Source: Minutocellus sp. GHC0000111
Taxonomy: Eukaryota
NCBI GenBank assembly: GCA_977018835.1
Contig: OZ361258.1
Span: 2,790,001-2,854,000, forward strand
DNA length: 64,000 nucleotides
Direction of reading: 5' to 3'
The notes beneath the pieces were generated by a model that saw nothing but the letters and a program-made list of their open reading frames with translations, was not told where the DNA came from and searched no databases. Shown piece after piece: positions 46,130-55,402 of the stretch. Position 1 is the stretch's first letter, and each line of letters opens with the position of its first letter. The position numbers and the translations under genes are program-made.

Positions 46130-49100
46130 TGCGAGAGAGACAGTCGCATTGGATGCGTCCCAAGAGGCAATGGCAATAAGTGTCACATTACCTGGCCTCA
46201 CATAAGCTGTTGCAAGAATTTTCTCCGATAATTGGTCGCCATGTCCATCAAAGACCTTGACTGGATTGGATTTGTTCCACCACCCATACATTGAGGCTTC
46301 TTCGATGGCAACTTCATCCCAGACCTTCCACAGATGCACGTTATCATTTGGATCTTTCCCATTCCAGCCCGCACGGTTTGACATACCAAAGAGCATGCCT
46401 CTCCAACGGTTGGCACAGCTCTCCCCACAGAAGTTCCCGTTAATGGGTGGAGAATAATCTCCTCCCAGCATTTCTCCAAATGAGCCGAAAGGAAGCGCAG
46501 ATATCGATACGAGCCAGTAAGCAGCATTCTTGGTAAAGTCAATACCTTCAGCAGTCCACATTGAATCAACGTACGGTAACAGTTCCGTGTACTCGAATGG
46601 CCTGCCATGTACATCAAATCGCACCACCGACTCTATCGATGGTGACTCACTCATTTTTCGTATCCTTTTCTGAACTCTTCGCTCTCCGTTGAAACCATCA
46701 TAATACAGACCTGCAAGGCCAATATGATCATAGAGATATTTTTGGCCAGAGATGTAGTAGTTGAGAAACCGAGAAGTCACATTGTCAAAGATCGCTGCGT
46801 CCTCATCTCCGCCAGGATTCGAGGTGTACCATGCCCCCTCATATCTAGTAACGAGATGCTCAAGTAGCCATTCACTCCCCTTCAAATCTCCTCCTTGGCC
46901 CAAATTGCGATGTCTCAATCTGCTTAAGCTTGCTCTGTCGATCATCTCTTCTCTGAACGACGAGCCTGGGCCAGGAACTGGTGGCACGTCACCCTTTCGA
47001 GAAAGGAACACTTCACCATTCATTGACAGGAATGCAAACAACTCCACACAATGATTTGTCAGCTCGTGAACTGTGTAGTAAATCTTCACTGCAACGCCAC
47101 ATTTATTTGCTCTTACCACATATTTTGCTAATTCTGGCTCTACATCGGGATGAAATGGCCAATTGATGTATGGATTTAGGCGATTTGATTGATGAAGAAT
47201 AAGTGTTGTTGGATGAGGTAAATTCAGCGAAGTGTTGAATATATTACAAGGATCCGGAGGTATCCACTTTCCGTACGGGACGTGGTAGTGTCGACTTAAT
47301 TGATAGTGCTCTCGCTTCCCCTCTTGTGAATGAGTGTAGTCGCCCTTTGTGGGAGTCGCCACTAAAGAGAAATTAAATTGCAATGGCAAGGTCTGCGATC
47401 GAACAGGGCCGGTAAACGCGGAAAGCAAAATGCTTTCCGGTGCATTGTCTGCAACATCAACTCGAATGCCACCACTGTAACCATTCAATCCAGCCCACGA
47501 GCGTGGCAACGGAGCTTCTGTTGGATTGGCAGAATTCCACTCATCTTCTTCTCCTTTGAGCTTCAAATAAAGTCCAGCATCAACGTCACCGACCCAAATA
47601 CGCCACCCCTGCGCATCGCTTTCACCCCAAGACCAGTTGAGGAGGCTTGCATTTTTCTTGGGAAACCAATTACCGTCACCACCGAAACCACCACCAACAG
47701 CGAAGCGGGCAATGTCTTGGTCCAGAGGAAAGGTCATTAAGACATCATCAAGTTCAATGTCATTCCCAGATAGAAAAATGGCATAGTCAAGGTGACCATC
47801 GTATTCCATAGTGCATTTGATATCAACAAACAACTTTTCTTCTTGACTGCCGAGCCGAACATTCCAAGTCGCCGACGCATTGTTCGGTCCGAATTGAATC
47901 GATGATTTACCCCTTGGCTGCAATTTTATTGAGTTTGATACGGATACGAGTCTGAATGTCACCGGAGAAGACAAAATAGCTCGGCCATTTGATATCATGT
48001 GTACTGGTAGACCCGTTTTGGAGCAAATTGTGACGGTTCTCCCCCGGCAGGAAAGAATCCATATGTCTTTCCCGGATTGAAAACGAATGGGTGTGTATGG
48101 ACGCGTTATGGTTCCTTCATCTAGTCCTGTCTAGCTATTGAGCCACGCAAGCCGCGATAATCTCCAAACATCCGACGAATCAGATCGCTCTCTAGCGGAA
48201 CGATGAGAAATGATCAGACGAATCTCTAGGGTCATTGAAGGCAGATCTTTTGGAGTGATACGGACAATTCTCGTCTGATTCATAATGGAATTTTTGTAAC
48301 CAGGCATTCGTTCAACAAGGAAAAGAAGTGCACCGACTTCTCCGACATCTAGATTCACTCTAGGTGGAGTCATTTCTTCTCCACGATAATTGACTCCCGA
48401 AGTCTGAAGGCAAGTGATGACGACACCTTGGTCTTTATCAAAATTTTTTAATGCCGAGAGAATATCGACGGTAACACCTCGGATTGGAGCTCGAGCCGCA
48501 TACAGAATCACCTGCACAACCCGAGCGTCAGCACTCATGTCAATGGGAACTTGCACAGTTTGATTAGGCTTCGACTGTACAATCTCGAGGGGCAAGTCTG
48601 ATGTCATCCTTACAGATTGGTCTGTTGTATTGTTTATCAAGGAGGCCCAAGCAAAATAGGACTTCTCGGGATACAGACTCAAAAGACTCTCGACCTCAAC
48701 ATCAGATGCGGCGAATTCCATTGCGGAGCGCACATCATGAGAGGAGAAGGACTCAAAACAAACAAATTCTGCTGATACGATGGATCGACCTCGTTGATGG
48801 ATCAACCCCTTTGGCAGTGAGTTCCCACACTCGGCATGAGTGAGGAAGTGTGAATGGTAACTTCCAGTACCAAGGTCGACAGCGTATGCTATTGGCAAGT
48901 AGTAAACTGCATACGACTTGACGCCCGGCACCACCTCGAAGCATACCCCTCCCTCTATTCTATCTCCCGACTTGATTGCTGAAGTGAAGTTACCCTCAAA
49001 TTGTGTGGTAACAAAAACACCAATCGATGAGGACCTTGGAATATCCCGACGAAGTCGCCATGGAATTGGCGCACATGCAATGTATGTCGTTCCATCACGA

Positions 49101-49330
49101 GTGCCATTCAAGTCAGGCACGTTCACAATGGCCCGCTGCCGACCAAGAGAGCGACAGAACTGGGTTTCGTTTGTCCAGGGGTAGCGAATGGGACATGAAC
49201 GCGAGCCGATATTCGTTGGTCCCCAGGGAAAAGATTCGAGATCGGCAGTTGAACTGGAGGCCGATGTCGTTCCAGATTTCGCAAAATGAAGCAATAACAA
49301 GAGAACAGCGTTCCAATGGGTATCACCCAT
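46112..49330 (-). pseudogene. DUF6067/GH123-like glycoside hydrolase-related protein with signal peptide; in-frame TAG at 48131-48133 and 3' end truncated at the array
   Basis: ORFs 48131..49465 and 46112..47998 are in the same frame, joined by 44 sense codons (WLNS*TGLDEGTITRPYTPI...). Motifs LSRLAWLNS, HQSNRLNPYINWPF, KIYYTVHELTNH, GLYYDG, PFGSFGEML, NRWRGMLFGM and IAIASW recall bacterial DUF6067 proteins. Probable ATG at 49330 (MGDTHWNAVLLLLLHFA). Confidence 0.65.
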
Positions 49331-49627
49331 GGTTGACCAGGCAGATATGTTGACGATCTTGACTTGCTTTGCTTGGGATTGACCAGGCAGATATCGTGCA
49401 TGTTGACTTGCTTTGCTGCTGACTTGGGACGGGGCCCGGTGGTGGTATCTTGTGTCAGATTGCAAGATGGCGTGACATAAAAAAGAAGGTCAATCTTTGT
49501 TAGCAAATTGCACGCGTAAAATCATGTGACACTTTCGTGCGCACGTGACCATGCGAACGCAAACACAATTCGACATTTCGAACTTCTCGACTGCTCCAAC
49601 CTTTCCTTCAGCTCGCCCTTCAAGAGA

Positions 49628-50440
49628 ATGAATGCCCTACGAGCCCTACCGAGATCACTGATGATCAGTGCGTTCGGAGGCGCAGGCGCGACCAAGGTGA
49701 AGAAGTTGGATGCTTGAAAAATCTCTGTAGGAAAGATATTCGCGCGACATCTCACACCAAAAATTGTTTCTCTCGTGTTCTTTTCATTCTCCATAATGAT
49801 GTATATGTAGTCGTTCGCATCAAAGGTTTACTTTAGCTCGGGCTCACACGATAAGGCATATCTCATCGTCAACTCGCTGGGCATCGATCGAACTGGTATC
49901 GTCAGCGAACTAAGCAAGGTGGTCAGCGATGCGGGTGGGAATGTTGGAGAGAGTCAAGCTGCCAAGGTGGGCAATCACTTCTCACTCACAATGTTGGTCA
50001 GTGTTCCTTCTGACAAATCCAAAAGTCTTCAATCTCAACTACAAAATCTCAGCGGAATGAACACTCACTGCATTGAAACTGACGGCGACCCGAACGCAGT
50101 ACAAGTGCGCCCCAGCATTGCCTACAGTGGAAGATTTGTTCTGGAGGGAGCCGATGATCCTGGTCTCGTTCACAAGGTGACCAGTGTCCTTGCCAAGCAC
50201 AATCTGAGCATCGATACGATGGAAACTGCCGACGAAATCGCGCCTCACGGCGCGGCCCAGCTCTTCAAGATTGATGGAATTTGCACAGCTCTTGCGCCTT
50301 TGCCAAAGAGCTTTGATTCCGATGTGATCCGAGAGGAGCTATTTGAACTTAGCAACAGTCTTAATTGTGACATTACGCTCGAGGACAATGTTACCCGAAA
50401 GAAGCGTGGCAATTGGATATGGACCGTGGAGGCAGCTTAG
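49628..50440 (+). CDS. Tandem-ACT-domain protein, glycine cleavage repressor (GcvR)-like, with probable mitochondrial presequence; 2 exons (49628-49696, 49811-50440)
   Basis: ACT motifs LIVNSLGIDRTGIVSELSKVV and LEGADDPGLVHKVTSVLAKHNLSI. A 114-nt GTGAAG...TAG intron with a CTCAC branch-like motif joins the exons in frame. N-terminus MNALRALPRSLMISAF is Arg/Ser-rich and lacks acidic residues. Confidence 0.8.
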
Positions 50441-50792
50441 AGGGATGGAGAAGAAAGAGAGAGAGATTTAATAGATCTAATGTTAGAGCATCTAGGAGAA
50501 AAGCGACATTAGAACATGCATTGTTGATGAGTGAAGGGTGACAGTCCAATTCAAGCTTAGGTTCCTACATAGATGCATAATTAGACAAATCAAAGCAACA
50601 CATACGCGTTAGAGATTGGCTCTATTACTAGTACCGGTACGACAGATCGATACGAAGATTCGATTCGCTCGACTGTTTCTGACATTTGGTAGTCCCGGCA
50701 GGTTTGGTCCCGCAAGATCTGCTTTTGACAAGGCAGGCAGAGCGCGCCAAGCCAGAACATGCTTGCAACATCTCGCTCATGTTCATTAGGGA

Positions 50793-50891
50793 TACTTATT
50801 GACCTTCGCAATGGCGATTATTCTAGCTACGTAGTAGATCTACCTGGAGCTGCCTACACCAAATATAATTACTTATTGACCTTCGCAATGG
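50793..50891 (+). repeat. 22-bp exact direct repeat TACTTATTGACCTTCGCAATGG flanking a 55-bp segment
   Basis: Copies at 50793-50814 and 50870-50891; the second includes the ATG at 50888. Confidence 0.85.
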
Positions 50892-53800
50892 AGTTCGTCG
50901 TCCCCGAAGACAGCGGCAAGAAGGACAACGATGCCGTATGGAAGGTGCTCAGCGACTTGGGTGTCGCCGACGTTGACACTTACGAGTTCGTATACGTCGG
51001 AAGAACCCTTTGGGATGACCAATGGTCGAGCCATCGCAAGATGGCTGTCAAAGTACCGCTGGTACTATCCTGCAGGTGGATCTGATAGTGGTAGCGCCAC
51101 AAGTGGCACTGCCACCGCGGACGAAAGCACCGGTCTTCTCAAAAAGAAGCAGCCACCCAAGGCCAATCTTGACGTCGCATGGCACTACTTTGAGCATTTC
51201 GTTCTTCCCCGTCGCTTCTGCAAGGAGGATGGGGGACGCATTACAAGTTCCGTAGACTGTGTCAAGGCACCAGCGGAAGAAGCTGGTCGCCCAACGAGAC
51301 TGTATTCTCCCCTTCATACTACGATGCACGAGCTCAGCGACTTTGGAATTGGTATTGGCCTCTATTTCTCACTCCTCCGAGGCATTGCCATCATCATGAT
51401 GATTACCGCCCTCATTCACATCCCCAACTTTCTGTACTATTCATCATCGGATTATTCGAGCAACGGCCAGTCGGCTGTCAAGACTTTGCTTCGCGGTTCA
51501 GCCATCTGCACGGACAACGAGTGGGTTCCCTGCCCCTCATGCAATCTCGTTGACGAGAACGGTAATGATAATGGGTTCGACCTGAGTGATATTACCAGTG
51601 ACATTTCCACGCGTTGGAAGGGAGAAATGTGGGATCAGAATCGACTGGTGGAATCCAATGAGGGACTGGTATTTGGATTGAAGAATGCCTGTGCAGAGGG
51701 CGACGATGACTATTTGTACGCGAGAGGCATTGTGAGCTGGGTGGGTACGATATTTATCGTCATTGCCCTGCTCGGATTTGGGGAGTATCAGCGCAAGCTG
51801 GCCGTGGAGTTTGACGAAAGAAATGTAACTGCGACTGACTTTTCAATCGAACTGAAGAATCCTCCAAAAGATGCCGTCGACGCCGATGAGTGGAAGGCAT
51901 ACCTAGAAAAGGTCGCAGCTATTTATCTGAAAAAGAATGGAACCGATGCTCTCGGTGGCAATGGTGTTGCTCCAAGCCCTCGTGATACTCACATCACAGC
52001 CATTACCGTTGCACTGAATAATCATGAGCTCACCGACGCACTCATTGCTCGACGCAAATTGAAGAAAAGTATTATGAATGCAATGGATATTGATGAGGAT
52101 GGTTTTGACAAAGCCTGTGCTGCCGCCAAAGCAGATGAAGCTTCCAACTTGGAAGGAAGTGCCAAGAAGAAGATGGCAATAATTGTAAAGCTTGATGAGA
52201 AGATTGGAGAGCTCCAGAAGCGCATGTATCATGCGACGAGGATTTTTGTTTCATGCGAAACCGAAATTTGCCAGAGAGCAATTCTCACGGCCCTTTCTGT
52301 AAGCAAAATCGCCCTATCGAAGAACAAGGCGTCTGCCCTGGATGATGAAGCCTACCTCTTCCGTGGGAGCCGTGTAATGGATGCCGAAGAGCCGCCCGAA
52401 CCACTGACTGTACGGTTCCACGACTTGGGCATCCCCAAGCGCGAAAAGAAGATCAAGAGATTTTCAACGATGCTTATTTCTCTGCTTATTGTTATCGGCG
52501 CCTTCCTCCTTGTTCGTCATGTCTTCTTGACGTATGGTGCGGGACTCTCGGCACTTTTCATTGCTATTCTCAACATCCTGACCCCACCAGTGTGCCGTGC
52601 AGTTACCAACATTGAAATTCATTCTGACGATGGCGGGCGTCAGGCATCCCACAGTGTTAAGGTGCTCGGACTTCGATGCGTCAACAGTGCCGTCATTATT
52701 CACCTTGTCACTCCTTTCACGATGAGCCTAGCAAATGGTGAGCACCTCATCAAGGCCGTCGCGGCTATTTTCATCGCCGAAATGTTTACAGCACCGATTG
52801 TCCAAGCCCTATTCATCCCCGGTATAATCAAAATGCATATCGTTGCACCGCGTTGTAAGGACCAAGATAGCATGAATCAGTGCTTTGAAGGAATGCCATG
52901 GGAATTGGGTGAAAGATACACGGTGAGTGCCTTGATTTCCCCTCTCTTTGTTACTAGTATACGATTTCTAATAATCCAGATGTCTCATATGTTTATCTTT
53001 CCCTCTGTTTTACATATCAATCCTCTCCAGAACATTATGAAAGTATTGTTTCTTTGTTTCTTCTTTTCCGCCATATTCCCTGGCTCATTCGCTCTGTCAG
53101 CGGTCCTGCTCTTCATTCACTACGAATTTGATAAGTTCTGCTTGATGCGTGTGTGGGCTCGGACTGGATCCATCGGCGGTGATGTAGCTGAGCAGAACAG
53201 GAGCTACATCGTCCCCGGTCTACTTGTCCTTCTGGCCTGTATGAACGCATACCACTATTCTGCCTTTCCGATGGATGATATGTGCCTATCAGATGATTCT
53301 ACGGTCCCTGACAAATACCTCGGTGATCACACTCTTACGCTCGAAGACGAAACTGTTTCGGTCCAAGTGTCGTCTAGTGACAGCGTCTACTATGCGTGCG
53401 ATCAAGATTTCCTCAACTTCCCGATTCAGTTCCCTCCCCTGCCAATCTTTCAGGGCTCTGATCACTGGATGAGTGAAAGTCAAGAAGCTATTGTTCGTCT
53501 CCACTGCTGGACGAGCGTGGTTGTCATTGGCATTGCTATCTTTTATGTCTTCTTCCTTTCCAACCTCGCGGAACGGATCCAATCCATTTTCACTGGAACG
53601 TATGAGCCTAGTGGCGAGATTGATGGTACCGACTTTAGCGATGTTCCCGGAGAGATCTTCGAGGCCTACGTCCCGCAGTTGAAAGTGAAGGGCTTCAACT
53701 TTCCACTCATCGCTTGTGATATTTCCTCCATTGATCCCAAGTTTATTTGGTGGAAGGACGAAGACGGTGACCACTCGGAGCATGTTCTATTTACAGATTT

Positions 53801-53909
53801 GCCCCCCGAGGTTACTGGCAACAAGAACAAACCAATCTTTAGCATTATGAAGCACTGGAAGCCACCTACCAGTACTCAAACCAATTATGCCGACGGTATT
53901 GGTCGCTAA
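50888..53909 (+). CDS. OSCA/TMEM63 (CSC1)-like multi-pass membrane channel; intron 52923-53030; start uncertain (50888 with frameshift, 50931 or 51015)
   Basis: Motifs GIGIGLYF, TATDFSIELKNPP, IFVSCETE, EEPPEPLTVRFHDL, ERYT/NIMKVLFL...FFSAIFP and YEFDKFCLMRVW, plus multiple hydrophobic helices. GTGAGT...CTCCAG intron. Confidence 0.7.
52923..53030 (+). other. 108-nt spliceosomal intron (in-frame, stop-free)
   Basis: GTGAGT donor, T/C-rich body and TCCTCTCCAG acceptor. Removal yields ERYT-NIMKVLFL. Confidence 0.88.
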
Positions 53910-54121
53910 TGTGTTGGTGTTACAGCGTGTGTTAATGTCACAGTGATTAGATGTCTATCCCCACGAAGAATAAGTAACTTCGCCTCTTTGTTCCGTAGGA
54001 ATCTAAGTAATAGATCTGTAGTACTTGTCATTAAGTTAATTACTTCTATGATTGCATCTATTTAGCGATTTGCAGATTATGTTTGCGTCGGTGTATTCGT
54101 CAGCCAACCAATGCTTATCGT

Positions 54122-55278
54122 TTATTTCCTGCCCTCGGTGGCACTTCGAGGTGTATTAGTGGTGCTACTGCTACCATCCATTCCAAAGGCAGCCGACAGA
54201 CCAGGAAAAGCATCCCTCAAAAACATCTTCATCCGTTCGATGGCGGCATCTGGACCATCCAAAGCAGGGCGGACATCAATGTACATGGACGGAGGACGAG
54301 GAGGAGCTCCGGCATTGGCATTGGCACCCGCAGAGGAGGACGACGACGGAGACGCAAATCCAGCATCGTCGCCGGAATAAAAGTCAATGACGTATCTTCG
54401 AGGCTCCTCTTTGCGCTTGACATCGTTCTCACCACCACCACCAGCAGCAGCAGCAGCAGCATTGGTGGCAGCAGTATCCTCTCCACCATCGACGTACCAA
54501 TCGTGCCGATCAAACGGTTCATGGTACCAAAGGATGCGGCTGTTGAACCAGGCGCGGGGGCTCAAATCCTTGGGCCGGCCCATGAAGCGGACGAGGCGGG
54601 GGGAGTTGTTGCCCCGCATGGCCTCCCACTTGCGCACCTCGGACCAGCCCCGCTCGTTGACGGCGTTGTGAATCCGCACGACGTCGGGTATGGTCGACTC
54701 TTCCGGCTGCCACCCCTTGCGACGGAGGGCGTTGTAGAATTGCTGTTCCGACGGGTAGACCCACTTTGTGTGTTCGGGTGGCTGATGGGGGGCGCACGTG
54801 GACTCCTTGTTATCGTTAGCAGCGTTGGAATCCGCGTTGGCATTGGCGTTGGCATTGGCCGGACGGTTCTCGAGGGGATCCCGCAGCTCGTCGGCCCGAG
54901 GGATCGTCGACACCACCCGTCTTGTCGAAAGGGGTATGCGCTGGTCGGGACGGGGCATTTGCGGATGCGAAGCGGCCTCCTCGATCGAGGCGGGAACTGC
55001 TCCTGCACCAAGAAAGGGCATGGGACCACCGCCTCCGTCATGTTTTACTGGACAGCCTCCACCACTTGTGGAGGAGGTCTGCTGAGGTGGTGCTGCCGAA
55101 GCTGCTGCCGCATTGCCGGTGCTGGTGCTGGTCGTGCCGCTGCTGCGAGAAAACCAGGACGACCAGCCGCCCCCTCCTGACGAAGCGTCACCGCCACCAT
55201 GTTTCACGGGACATCCTCCGCCGGTGCTGGTAGAGACCGGCGGGGGCTACTGCCACTGCTGTCGGACGTGCTCGCCAT
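54122..55278 (-). CDS. HCCS: Holocytochrome c synthase (cytochrome c/c1 heme lyase); apparent 1-bp frameshift in the 5-G run at 55242-55246
   Basis: Motifs WVYPSEQQFYNALRRKGW, IHNAVNERGW, PFDRHDWYV, RYVIDFY and IDVRPALD, plus two GCPVKH heme-regulatory CP motifs. The ATG at 55278 (MASTSDSSGSS) is one base out of frame with the main ORF. Confidence 0.93.
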
Positions 55279-55402
55279 CTTTGGTTGAGATGTTGAGATT
55301 GCAGAATGAGTGGCCCTCATTTTTTCGGAAAAACACTAAATCTCAGATGAAAATTTGAGAAGCACTAAACCGTATCCAAACATCTCGATCGCCGAGAGGG
55401 AG

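Larger units (their letters stand above)
1..46127 (+). repeat. Coding macrosatellite of 3,180-3,486 bp units (13 complete + truncated 14th + upstream partial)
   Basis: Unit starts (ATGGTGAAGCC) at 154, 3334, 6616, 10102, 13384, 16767, 20151, 23535, 27021, 30405, 33789, 37173, 40557, 43839. Lengths are 3180, 3282, 3486, 3282, 3383, 3384, 3384, 3486, 3384, 3384, 3384, 3384, 3282. Units differ only by scattered SNPs and 102-bp copy number. Confidence 0.98.

Noticed and set aside
170..46104. Many recurring alternative-frame and antisense ORFs in the array (e.g. 1620..3764 -, 714..1436 -, 170..694 +)
   Set aside because: Shadow ORFs of GC-rich, low-complexity coding sequence. They have no domain motifs and recur only because the unit repeats.
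1..46127. Array as a pure assembly artefact
   Set aside because: Units carry structured shared SNPs and ordered minisatellite variants that copying one sequence would not generate. Exact copy number still needs read-level confirmation.
3256..48133. Genome-wide TAG reassignment suggested by two in-frame amber codons
   Set aside because: TAG terminates other genes here (50438-50440, 61937-61939), and the 3256 TAG is a one-unit SNP of TCG.
54083..55180. 365-aa plus-strand ORF
   Set aside because: Antisense shadow of the HCCS gene.
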